Notes under the pieces: generated by a model
Seen by the model: the letters and a program-made list of their open reading frames with translations, nothing else
What the model was told of the DNA's origin: nothing
The model's database searches: none
Source: an uncultured Chloroflexia bacterium
GTDB taxonomy: Bacteria; Chloroflexota; Limnocylindria; Limnocylindrales; CSP1-4
Reading direction: 5' to 3'
Assembly: GCA_963712745.1 (NCBI GenBank)
Contig: CAVQJC010000020.1
Location: 512,001 to 576,000 of the forward strand
DNA length: 64,000 bases
Shown: positions 1 to 8,397 of the stretch, piece after piece
Layout: every line of letters starts with the position of its first letter
How positions within the stretch are numbered: the first letter of the stretch is position 1
Program-made: the position numbers and the translations under genes

Positions 1-1083
1 GCTGGTGAGACCGTCCGCCAGCGCATGCTCGCGCGCCTCCTTGTAGAGCTCCTCCAGCTCGGCCCGGGAGTCGGCCATCTCCTCGAACGGGTGCAGGAAG
101 TAGCGCACCAGCACGATGGCCGCGAGGATGGCCCCGGCCAGCATCGCCACCAGCGCCAGGCGGACCTCCAGCGGCATCTCCGCGGGCGGCTCCGACCAGA
201 CCTGGACGAGGCCGGTGGGCGAGCCGTTGCCGTTGCCCCACAGCGGCACGACCGTGGCCGCCAGGCCCATGGCCGCGAGCTCGTCGTGGGCCGCAGGGTC
301 CCTGGCCAGGAGGCCTTCGACGTGAGGCGCGATGCTGGTCAGGTCTGGCGGGAGCGCACCGTTGACCGGAGCCGCGTCGGCCGGGGTGGCCGCGATGACC
401 TCCGACGACCCCATGTCCACGAGCATCGAAGACACCGCGTCACCGCCTGTCGTGCGGTTCCGGTCGAACAGTGCTGCGACGTCCAGCTCGAGCGAGAGGA
501 CGCCGTGGTGGCGCTCGCCAGCCGAACGCAGGGGGGTGGCGAGGATGAGGCGTGCCAGATCACCGTCTCCGGCCGGGCCCCGAACGACGACGTCGGATGG
601 GGCGGCGAGCGCACGACGGCGCACGCTCCCGCCAACGCAAGCGCTGGTGGGGTCCTCGGCAGGTCCGACCAGCGGGATACGTCGGCCATCGGACGAGCGC
701 ACGACGCAGGCAGCGGTCACGGCACCGCCGTTCCCGCCACGGAGGCGGTTGACGACCTGGTCGGCGAACTGCTTGTCGGTGGCACCGCTGATGCCGTTGG
801 CCAGTCGGGCCATGTCGGGATCGGCCGCGGCCACCAGCAGCCGCGCCTCGATCGACTGTTCGTGAGCGACCAGGTTGGCGGCGGTCTCCGACGTCTGGCT
901 GGCGCGCTCGGACGCGGCGGGGGTCTCGCCCGCGTCGAGCAAGTAGGTCGTCAGGTAGATGCCGGACGCCGTCGGCACCAGCGCCAGCGCCAGCATGGCG
1001 GCCCAAAGGCGCCAGCGGACCGACCGGGGTGCGTCGGCCGGTCGCGCCTTGTGGCGATCATGCACGGGGCGGAGCGTGGACAA
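1..1083 (-). CDS. Membrane-anchored sensor diguanylate cyclase (GGDEF), 3' end runs off the window
   Basis: Own translation, absent from the ORF track because it is open at the edge. TTG start after a GGGAG SD. TM1 WRLWAAMLALALVPTASGIYL, extracytoplasmic region, TM2 LALVAMLAGAILAAIVLV, coiled coil, ending ...AREHALADGLTS, the typical DxLT entry into a GGDEF domain. The GGDEF motif itself lies beyond the edge. Confidence 0.7.
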   Translation of the reverse strand, partial: MSTLRPVHDRHKARPADAPRSVRWRLWAAMLALALVPTASGIYLTTYLLDAGETPAASERASQTSETAANLVAHEQSIEARLLVAAADPDMARLANGISGATDKQFADQVVNRLRGGNGGAVTAACVVRSSDGRRIPLVGPAEDPTSACVGGSVRRRALAAPSDVVVRGPAGDGDLARLILATPLRSAGERHHGVLSLELDVAALFDRNRTTGGDAVSSMLVDMGSSEVIAATPADAAPVNGALPPDLTSIAPHVEGLLARDPAAHDELAAMGLAATVVPLWGNGNGSPTGLVQVWSEPPAEMPLEVRLALVAMLAGAILAAIVLVRYFLHPFEEMADSRAELEELYKEAREHALADGLTS

Positions 1084-1284
1084 TGGGGTTCTCCCTTTCC
1101 GGGCGTGGGGCCAGTCAAGCTCTCACATCGCGACACGGGTAGTGACGCAAGAGCGCCATCGGGAGGCAGGACTGTGCCCGCGCGCACCGGGCCCCAGGCC
1201 CCATCCACAACGACCATGGCCACTTCCGACCTCACCCCAGTTCACCCGGATTCGGCTACGTATACCACTCCTCGCGAACGGAAG

Positions 1285-1328
1285 TGCATGACTATGCAAT
1301 AATGTCCCTGCACGCGCATGTTAATGCA
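1285..1328. promoter_or_regulatory. Two ARG boxes (ArgR operators) upstream of argG
   Basis: TGCATGACTATGCA (1285-1298) and CGCATGTTAATGCA (1315-1328) match the TGCAT-N4-ATGCA ArgR palindrome. argR is present in the window. Confidence 0.75.
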
Positions 1329-1467
1329 GGACTGTGAGCCGCCACTGCGCCGTGTGCCACGCACATCCAGGGGCGTCCGGCGTGCGTCGGGCACCCCTCG
1401 TGCTCTCGTCACGAATCCGCGGGTCCCCGGGCCCGCTCGAGCAACCGCAGGGTTTCGGAGGTAGACA

Positions 1468-2733
1468 GTGAAGAAGGTCGTGCTCGCCTATTCAGGCGGG
1501 TTGGATACGTCGGTCGCAGTAGCCTGGCTCAAGGAACAGTACGAGACCGAGGTGGTGACGCTGACGGTCGACCTTGGGGGTGAGTCCCTGCGCGAGGGCG
1601 TTGCCGATCGCGCCCTCAAGAGCGGGGCCAGCCGCGCCTATGTCATCGACGGCCGGGACCGCTTCATCCGCCAGTTCGTCTGGCCCAGCCTGCAGGCCAA
1701 TGCGCTCTACCAGGGCGTGTATCCGCTGGCCACCGCACTGGCCCGTCCGCTCATCGCCCAGCTGCTCGTGGAGGTCGCCGACCGCGAACGCTGCGACGCA
1801 GTGGCCCACGGCTGTACGGGCAAGGGCAACGACCAGGTCCGCTTCGACGTGGCCGTGCACGCGCTCGATCCTAGGCTCGAGGTCGTGGCCCCCATGCGTG
1901 TCGGGATGGGCCTCAGCCGTGACCAGGAGATCGACTACGCCATCGAGCGGGGGATCGACATCCCCATCACCAAGGAGTCGCCCTACTCCATCGATGTCAA
2001 CCTCTGGGGCCGTTCCTGCGAGACCGGCGTGCTCGAGGACCCCTGGGCCACGCCTCCGGCCGACGCCTACGAGTGGACCGTAGCCCCGACTGACGCCCCC
2101 GACATCCCCACCGAGCTGACCATCGGCTTCGAGGGTGGCATCCCCGTCTCGCTCGATGGCGAGTCGCTCGGTCCCGTCGAGCTCGTGCAGCGTGTGCACG
2201 ACATCGGCGGTGTGCACGGCATCGGCCGCATCGACCACGTCGAGGATCGCCTCGTGGGTATCAAGAGCCGCGAGATCTACGAGACGCCGGCGGCCACCAT
2301 CCTGCATACGGCCCACGCAGCCCTGGAAGGGCTCACCCTCTCCAAGGAGCAGCTGCGCTTCAACCGGCTCGTCGCCGACGAGACCGCCCAGGCCACGTAC
2401 GACGGCATCTGGTTCAGCGCTCTGCACCGGGACCTGCGCGAGTACATCCGCTCGAGCCAGCGGGTGGTGAACGGCCAGGTGCGCATGCGCCTCGACCACG
2501 GCAACGCCTACGTGGTCGGCCGCCGCAGTGACGATTTACTGTACGACCGCACCCTGGCGACCTACGATGCCGACGATGCCTACGACCACGCCGCCTCGGT
2601 CGGCTTCATCAAGATCTTCGGACTGCCCCTGCGCACCGAGGCAGCACGACATGGCTCGGCCTGGACCTGGACCGAGCCGATGCTGGGCGAGTTGCCGGTG
2701 GAAGTCGCCGACGCCGCGAGCACCAAGGCCTAG
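1468..2733 (+). CDS. argG: Argininosuccinate synthase
   Basis: LAYSGGLDTS, AHGCTGKGNDQVRF, SIDVNLWGRSCE and GIKSREIYE motifs; GGAGG SD. Confidence 0.98.
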   Translation: MKKVVLAYSGGLDTSVAVAWLKEQYETEVVTLTVDLGGESLREGVADRALKSGASRAYVIDGRDRFIRQFVWPSLQANALYQGVYPLATALARPLIAQLLVEVADRERCDAVAHGCTGKGNDQVRFDVAVHALDPRLEVVAPMRVGMGLSRDQEIDYAIERGIDIPITKESPYSIDVNLWGRSCETGVLEDPWATPPADAYEWTVAPTDAPDIPTELTIGFEGGIPVSLDGESLGPVELVQRVHDIGGVHGIGRIDHVEDRLVGIKSREIYETPAATILHTAHAALEGLTLSKEQLRFNRLVADETAQATYDGIWFSALHRDLREYIRSSQRVVNGQVRMRLDHGNAYVVGRRSDDLLYDRTLATYDADDAYDHAASVGFIKIFGLPLRTEAARHGSAWTWTEPMLGELPVEVADAASTKA

Positions 2734-2736
2734 CTC

Positions 2737-4158
2737 ATGAAAGCCTGGGGTGGCCGATTCGCGGCAGAGCCGGACGCGAACGCAGCCGACTTCGGGCGAT
2801 CGATCGAGGTCGATTCCGAGCTGGCCATCGAGGACATCGCCGGTTCGCTCGCGCACGTCGGTGGCCTGGCTCGAGCCGGGCTCCTGAGCGAGGAGGAGGC
2901 CGTCGCCATCAGCGACGGCCTGCGCTCTATCGAGTCCGACGTGCGTGCCGGTTCGCTCGAGTGGGACCCGGCCCACGAGGACATCCACATGAGCGTGGAG
3001 ATGGAGTTGACCGCCCGCATCGGTCCGCTCGCGGGCAAGCTGCACACCGGGCGCTCACGCAACGACCAGGTGGCCACCGATCTGCGCTTGTACCTGCGCC
3101 GACGGGTGGCCGATATGGACGCTGCCATCGTGGCTCTCGAGCGCTCGCTGGTGGGCCTGGGCCTGGCCCACCGCGAGGCGGTCATGCCGGGGCACACGCA
3201 TGCGCAACCGGCGCAACCAGTGCTCTTCGCGCACCATCTGCTGGCCTACGTGGAGATGCTCGAGCGCGACCGTGGCCGCTTCGCCGATGCGCTCGCGCGG
3301 GCCTCGCTCTCCCCGCTGGGCTCGGGCGCCCTGGCCGGCGCGGGGTTCCCGCTCGACCGCGAGGCCACGGCCGAGGCGCTCGGCTTCAGCGGGGTCACGC
3401 GTAATTCGATCGACGCGGTCGGCGATCGCGACCCGGTGGTCGAGACGGTGAGCGCGGTCGCGCTCACGATGACCCACCTCTCCCGGCTGGCCGAAGAGAT
3501 CGTCTGGTGGACGAACCCCAACTTCGGCTTCGTCCGCCCGGCCGACGCCTGGTCGACCGGCTCGTCGATGATGCCCAACAAGCGCAACCCCGACCCGGCC
3601 GAGCTCATCCGCGGCCGGACAGCACGGGTGACCGGTCACCTCGTGGCGGCAGTGACCATGCTCAAGGGCCTGCCCGGGGGCTACCAGCGCGACCTGCAGG
3701 AGGACAAGCCGCCGCTGCTCGATGCGCTCTCCACCCTCGAGTCGTCGCTCAAGGTCATGGCCGGAATGGTCGCTACCCTGCAGGTCGACGAGGCGCGGAT
3801 GCTGGCCGCGGCGACGTCCGGCTACACCACCGCCACGGCCGTGGCCGACGCGCTGGTGGAGCTGGGCGTGCCCTTCCGCGAGGGTCACCGCATCGTGGGT
3901 TCGCTGGTCGCGAGGGCGGAGGCCGCGGGTGTCGAGCTGACGGAGCTTTCTGACGAGGACGTGGCGGAGGTGCTTGCCGACTCGACCGACCTGCTGGCCC
4001 AGGGTTGGGCGGCTGATGGGACCATCGCGGCCCGCCTGCGGGCTGCGGCCGAGCTGGGCAACGCGCTCGCGCGCCCGGACGTCATCGGTGGCACCGCGCC
4101 GGCGCGTGTGCACGTCGAGCTTTCGGCCAACGCCAAGCGCCTGGGTATCGCCGACTGA
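2737..4158 (+). CDS. argH: Argininosuccinate lyase
   Basis: WGGRF, EDIH, LHTGRSRNDQVATD and STGSSMMPNKRNPD motifs; directly follows argG. Confidence 0.98.
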   Translation: MKAWGGRFAAEPDANAADFGRSIEVDSELAIEDIAGSLAHVGGLARAGLLSEEEAVAISDGLRSIESDVRAGSLEWDPAHEDIHMSVEMELTARIGPLAGKLHTGRSRNDQVATDLRLYLRRRVADMDAAIVALERSLVGLGLAHREAVMPGHTHAQPAQPVLFAHHLLAYVEMLERDRGRFADALARASLSPLGSGALAGAGFPLDREATAEALGFSGVTRNSIDAVGDRDPVVETVSAVALTMTHLSRLAEEIVWWTNPNFGFVRPADAWSTGSSMMPNKRNPDPAELIRGRTARVTGHLVAAVTMLKGLPGGYQRDLQEDKPPLLDALSTLESSLKVMAGMVATLQVDEARMLAAATSGYTTATAVADALVELGVPFREGHRIVGSLVARAEAAGVELTELSDEDVAEVLADSTDLLAQGWAADGTIAARLRAAAELGNALARPDVIGGTAPARVHVELSANAKRLGIAD

Positions 4159-4189
4159 CGCTCCGGCGCGCCAACCTCTCCTCCTTCGA

Positions 4190-5470
4190 TCAACCCGGTT
4201 CGCGGCGCGAACGGGAGACGCGCACCGACCCGCGGTCGACGACGATCTCGGCCGGCATGGGATGCGAGAGGAAGAGTGGCATGGACTCGCTGTAGCCGTA
4301 GGCGCCGGCGTCGAGCACCGCGAAGAGGTCGCCGGCCCGCGGTGCGGGTGCGCGCAGGTCGGAGGCGAGGATGTCGATACCGGTGCACAGCGGGCCGACC
4401 AGATCGACCCGGGCATCCGAAGAGCGCTCAGCTGCCGAACCCACCGGCAGCACGCGGTGATCCTGGCCCACCAGGCGCGGGCGCAACAGATGGTGGATAC
4501 CGCCGTCACTGACGGCCACCGAGCGGCCTCCCCGCACCTTGGTCCGAACGACACGGCAGAGATAGACCCCGGCCGGCGCGGCCAACCAACGGCCCGGCTC
4601 CAGCAGCAGCCGCGCCCCGCGAAGCGCCGGCCGCGTGGACCACGTATCCAACTCCCGGCCGATCCCCTCCCCCAGCGCAGCGAGGTCGAGGTCTGCCTCC
4701 CCGGCGGCATACGGAACGCCCAGCCCGCCCCCCGCGTCGAGCAGGGTCAGCTCCAGCCCGTGCCGCTCGGCGATGCGCTCGGTCCGCCGGGCCAGGTCGG
4801 CTACGCCCTCCACGAGCACGGCCGCCTCAAGCACGTTGGAGGCACCGAAGGCATGGAAGCCGCGCAGCACGAACGGCCCCTCGGGGGCGAGCGCGCCGGC
4901 TGCACGGAGCCGAGTGACCGCGGCGTCGGCCTCGTCGTCGGTAAGCCCGAACTTGACGTTGCCCGGGGCGCTGATGATGGGAAGTCCCTCGGCCTCGCCC
5001 TCGGTCGCCAGGCGCAGAGCCAGCCCCTGCCCAGGCTGCGCGCGGCCGGACATGGCCACGACCACGTCGAGCTCGTCGAGCGACTCGATCGTCAGCGCAC
5101 CCACGCCCGCGGTCAGCGCCTCCTCGATCTCCGCGTCGGTCTTGCCCGGGCCGGTGAAGACGACCCGGGCCGGGTCGAAGCCAGCGCGCAGGACCGCGCG
5201 CAGTTCGCCCCCGGAGGCGACGTCGGCACCGAGCCCGGCTGCGGCCAGCGTGCCCAGCACGTCGGGCGAGGAGTTGGCCTTGGTGGCGTAGGCCACCTCG
5301 ACCTCGCCCGGCAAGGCCCTGCGCAAGGCGGCCGCGCGGGAGCGCAACACTTCGGCGTCGTAGACGTACAAGGGGCTGCCGTAGGTGTGGGTGAGCTCGG
5401 CCGGGTCCAGGCCGGCGATGGTGCGCCCGACCTCGATGACGGGCGCAGCTGCCGTCGTCGCCCGACTCAC
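4190..5470 (-). CDS. lysA: Diaminopimelate decarboxylase (fold-type III PLP decarboxylase)
   Basis: GSPLYVYD, YATKAN, DVASGGEL, FTGPGK, DAGGG, LEPGR, VGPLCTGID and GAYG motifs. GTG start overlaps the dapD stop (GTGA). The 749-aa ORF-track start is an over-extension. Confidence 0.85.
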   Translation of the reverse strand: MSRATTAAAPVIEVGRTIAGLDPAELTHTYGSPLYVYDAEVLRSRAAALRRALPGEVEVAYATKANSSPDVLGTLAAAGLGADVASGGELRAVLRAGFDPARVVFTGPGKTDAEIEEALTAGVGALTIESLDELDVVVAMSGRAQPGQGLALRLATEGEAEGLPIISAPGNVKFGLTDDEADAAVTRLRAAGALAPEGPFVLRGFHAFGASNVLEAAVLVEGVADLARRTERIAERHGLELTLLDAGGGLGVPYAAGEADLDLAALGEGIGRELDTWSTRPALRGARLLLEPGRWLAAPAGVYLCRVVRTKVRGGRSVAVSDGGIHHLLRPRLVGQDHRVLPVGSAAERSSDARVDLVGPLCTGIDILASDLRAPAPRAGDLFAVLDAGAYGYSESMPLFLSHPMPAEIVVDRGSVRVSRSRREPG

Positions 5471-6399
5471 CGCAGAGCATCCTCCAGGGCCACCCGTGCG
5501 TCCGTGTTCGCGTCGCGGTACTTCACGATGAGCGGCACGGTCACCGAGATGCCCCTCTCCTGCGCCCACGCCGTGGTGGCCGGTCGCGTGCCCGGTATGA
5601 CCACCGCGCCGGACGGCACGACCAGCGGCGCGTCGGGCGTGCCGCGCAGCTCTCGCTCCTCGACCAGGTCGAACAGGCGGCTCTGGCCGGTGAGGATGGT
5701 GCCGGCACCGATGACGGCGCCGCGGCTGACGGTGACGCCCTCGTAGAGGCCTGCCCCACCACCTACGAAAGCGCCGTCCTCGACGATGACCGGCCGGGCG
5801 CCCGCCGGCTCCAGGACGCCGCCGATCTGGACCGCAGCACTGAGGTGGACAGCCTCGCCGACCTGGGCGCAGGAACCGACCAGCACGTGCGAGTCGATCA
5901 TCGTTCCCCGTCCCACCCAAGCGCCGATGTTGGCGTAGGCCGGCGGCATGATGGTCACGCCCGGTTCGAGATGAACGCCGCTGCGCACGGCGGTCCCGCC
6001 GGGGACGACGCGCCAGGGCGCTCCGGCGTCGGTGGCCGACCGAGCCGACGGACTCTCGAGCAGGTCCAGCAGGCCATAGGCCACCTTGTCCCGGGCAGCC
6101 ATGATCGGGCCATCCCGATACTCGCGCATGCCCGGCAGGCGAAAGCCCAGCAGGATGCCGGTCTTGACCCAGGCATCGACGCGCCAGCCTCCGTCGACCG
6201 ACGCGTCGGGAGCAGCCGCGCGCACCTCGCCGGCCTCGAGTGCCGTCACCAGCTCGGCCACCAGCGCGGCCACTTCCTCGAGCAAGGGCACGGCCGGCGC
6301 GCCCCCGGCCTCGGCCCAGGCCGCGTCGGCGGCAAGGACGCGTGCGGCCAGGGACGTCGCGCCGGGGACGGCGGCCTCGGCGGCCAGCTCGGTCGTCAT
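5467..6399 (-). CDS. dapD: Tetrahydrodipicolinate N-succinyltransferase
   Basis: WVKTGILLGFR, NIGAWVGRGTMID, VGSCAQVG and IGGVLEP hexapeptide region; located in the dap operon. Confidence 0.93.
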   Translation of the reverse strand: MTTELAAEAAVPGATSLAARVLAADAAWAEAGGAPAVPLLEEVAALVAELVTALEAGEVRAAAPDASVDGGWRVDAWVKTGILLGFRLPGMREYRDGPIMAARDKVAYGLLDLLESPSARSATDAGAPWRVVPGGTAVRSGVHLEPGVTIMPPAYANIGAWVGRGTMIDSHVLVGSCAQVGEAVHLSAAVQIGGVLEPAGARPVIVEDGAFVGGGAGLYEGVTVSRGAVIGAGTILTGQSRLFDLVEERELRGTPDAPLVVPSGAVVIPGTRPATTAWAQERGISVTVPLIVKYRDANTDARVALEDALR

Positions 6400-7322
6400 G
6401 CCGCGGCCACAGCAGCGGTCTCGAGCAGCCCCAGCTCATCGAGCACGCTGCGCAGCCGGGCGCGATTGGCGTCGTCCAGCGGCAGCATCGGCATGCGCAG
6501 GGCGTCGGTGATGAGGCCCATCTCGGCCATGGCCGCCTTCACTGGCGCGGGGCTGGTGGTGATGAAGTTGGCGCGGAAGAGGCCGAGGTAGCGGTAGTGG
6601 ATCGCGCGGGCGGTGTCCATGTCACCGGCGCTGGCCGCCGCGCACAGCTCGACCATCACCTGCGGCACCTCGTTGGAGGCCACCGAGATGACGCCATCGC
6701 CGCCCACGCCCATGATCGGCAGCGTCCAGCTGTCGTCGCCAGACAGCACCGCGAAGCCCTCCGGCCGGTCACGCACGATGGTCATGATCTGCTCCATGTT
6801 GGCCGAGGCCTCCTTCACGGCCACGATGCGCTCGTGCTCGGCCAGGTGCATGAGCGTGTCGGCGCCCACGTTGCCGCCGGTGCGGCCGGGCACGTTGTAG
6901 ACCACCACCGGCAGGCCGCCCTCGTCGGCCACGGCGCGGTAGTGGGCCTCGAGCATGCGCTGGTCTGGCTTGTTGTAGTAGGGCGAGACCACGAGCGCCG
7001 CGTCGGCTCCCACCTCCGCGGCCTGACGGGTGTAGTCGATGGCGTGCTGGGTCACGTTGGACCCGGTGCCGGCGATGACGGGAATGGTGCCGGTCATGCC
7101 ACGGCGCCGCACCGTCTCGACGGTGAGCTCGATGACGCGGCGATCTTCCTCCGTGCTCAAGGTCGGTGATTCGCCGGTCGTGCCCACCGGCACCAGGCCG
7201 TTGATGCCGGCGTCGATCTGGCGTTCGACCATGCGCACGAGGGTGGGCTCGTCGAGCGATCCGTCGGCGTTCATGGGAGTGACGAGGGCGGTGATGGCAC
7301 CGCTGAGGGTCGGAGTCGTCAT
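6396..7322 (-). CDS. dapA: 4-hydroxy-tetrahydrodipicolinate synthase
   Basis: TALVTP, GTTGES, PYYNKP, YNVPGRTG, KEAS and LSGDD motifs. Confidence 0.97.
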   Translation of the reverse strand: MTTPTLSGAITALVTPMNADGSLDEPTLVRMVERQIDAGINGLVPVGTTGESPTLSTEEDRRVIELTVETVRRRGMTGTIPVIAGTGSNVTQHAIDYTRQAAEVGADAALVVSPYYNKPDQRMLEAHYRAVADEGGLPVVVYNVPGRTGGNVGADTLMHLAEHERIVAVKEASANMEQIMTIVRDRPEGFAVLSGDDSWTLPIMGVGGDGVISVASNEVPQVMVELCAAASAGDMDTARAIHYRYLGLFRANFITTSPAPVKAAMAEMGLITDALRMPMLPLDDANRARLRSVLDELGLLETAAVAAA

Positions 7323-7343
7323 GTCTGTCGTTCCTTTCGGTCT

Positions 7344-8096
7344 TCAGGCGGTCCGCTCGCGGACCAGGGTCGTGAACTGGGTGATGCCTTGTCGGTCTGG
7401 CTGCTCGAGCAGGGTGTCGGCTGCGAGCAGGGCTCCGGCCACGTAGGCGGAGCGGTCACGTGCCTCGATGCGGACCTGGAGCGCCTCACCCGGGCCATCG
7501 AAGCCCACGGTGTGCATGCCCGGATGGCTGCCGGCGCGCAGGGCCACTACCTCCAGCACGTCTGGATCCGGCGCGCCGCTGCCCGTGGCCAGGCGCGCCT
7601 CGCGCTTCGAGCGGAGGTGAGGTACGAGTCGATCGGCCACCGCCAGGGCGGTGCCCGACGGTCGGTCGGCCTTGGCTGCGCGATGCTGCTCGAAGAGGTA
7701 GGGGTCGTAGTCACTGAAGTTGCCGAACAGTCGGGCGGCGTACTCGGCGATGTCACCGAAGAGGACGGCGCCAAGGCTGAAGGTCGGCGCCACCACGGCC
7801 CGCGCGCCGTTCCCGTCAAGCCGGGCCGCGAGCGCGGCGCCGGTGTCATCAGCGAGGCTCCAGCCGGTGGTACCGATGATGAACGCGCGGCAGCCGGCTG
7901 CCAGGCCAAGATCGATGTGCTCGAGCAAGGTCGAGTGGTGGCTGAACTCGAAGGTGACATCGACCGCTGCCAGGTCGTCGGCGGCCGGGTAGCCGGTCTC
8001 GCGCCCGGCGATCGCGGCGACCTGGTCCCCTCGTTTCTCGAGCGCGCCCGCGATGGCGCTGCCCATGTTGCCAGAGCCGGTGATGAGTGCTCGCAT
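7344..8096 (-). CDS. dapB: 4-hydroxy-tetrahydrodipicolinate reductase
   Basis: Rossmann GSGNMG, IGTTGW and EQHRAAKADRPSGTA motifs; ATG at 8096 after a GAGGA SD. Confidence 0.92.
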   Translation of the reverse strand: MRALITGSGNMGSAIAGALEKRGDQVAAIAGRETGYPAADDLAAVDVTFEFSHHSTLLEHIDLGLAAGCRAFIIGTTGWSLADDTGAALAARLDGNGARAVVAPTFSLGAVLFGDIAEYAARLFGNFSDYDPYLFEQHRAAKADRPSGTALAVADRLVPHLRSKREARLATGSGAPDPDVLEVVALRAGSHPGMHTVGFDGPGEALQVRIEARDRSAYVAGALLAADTLLEQPDRQGITQFTTLVRERTA

Positions 8097-8159
8097 CGTG
8101 CGTATTCCTCGTCGTGGTGTGGTGGTCGTCCGTGACGAGGCCGCCGGGGGCTCCGAGCC

Positions 8160-8200
8160 AAACAAAAAGACCGCAGTCACCCTCGTCGGTGTCTGCGGCC
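8160..8200 (-). terminator. Intrinsic terminator (attenuator) in the dapB leader
   Basis: mRNA GGCCGCAGACACC-GACGAG-GGTGACTGCGGTC followed by TTTTTGTTT, between the leader peptide and dapB. Confidence 0.8.
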
Positions 8201-8251
8201 CTCGGAGCCTTGCCTAGCGGCCCCGAGTCGGTCGTTCCCGAACGAAGCCGT

Positions 8252-8314
8252 CTAGGCCCGTGCCTCCAGGCAGGGCCGCGTGGGCTTCGGCTTGAGAACG
8301 TACTGGTACTGCAT
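8252..8314 (-). CDS. Putative Lys-sensing leader peptide MQYQYVLKPKPTRPCLEARA
   Basis: 20 codons, ATG 10 nt after a -10 box, AAG Lys codons at positions 8 and 10, followed by antiterminator and terminator, upstream of the lysine biosynthesis operon. Confidence 0.7.
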   Translation of the reverse strand: MQYQYVLKPKPTRPCLEARA

Positions 8315-8324
8315 CCGATGGCGG

Positions 8325-8353
8325 AGTCTGCCGGGTCGGGGCGGCCACGTCAA
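8325..8353 (-). promoter_or_regulatory. Sigma70-type promoter of the dap leader
   Basis: TTGACG-N17-CAGACT on the minus strand. Confidence 0.65.
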
Positions 8354-8397
8354 GTCGGCACCGTGATCCGGTGTTGCGCGGCCGCCCATGGCCGGTC

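Noticed and set aside
25-1302. 425-aa plus-strand ORF, and the other long antisense or alternate-frame ORFs (e.g. 3974-5746, 32999-34498, 57932-59665)
   Set aside because: Shadow ORFs of GC-rich genes on the other strand or frame, with no recognisable motifs.
8100-8397. Lysine riboswitch or T-box
   Set aside because: No L-box or T-box consensus is visible; the leader-peptide model explains the features better.
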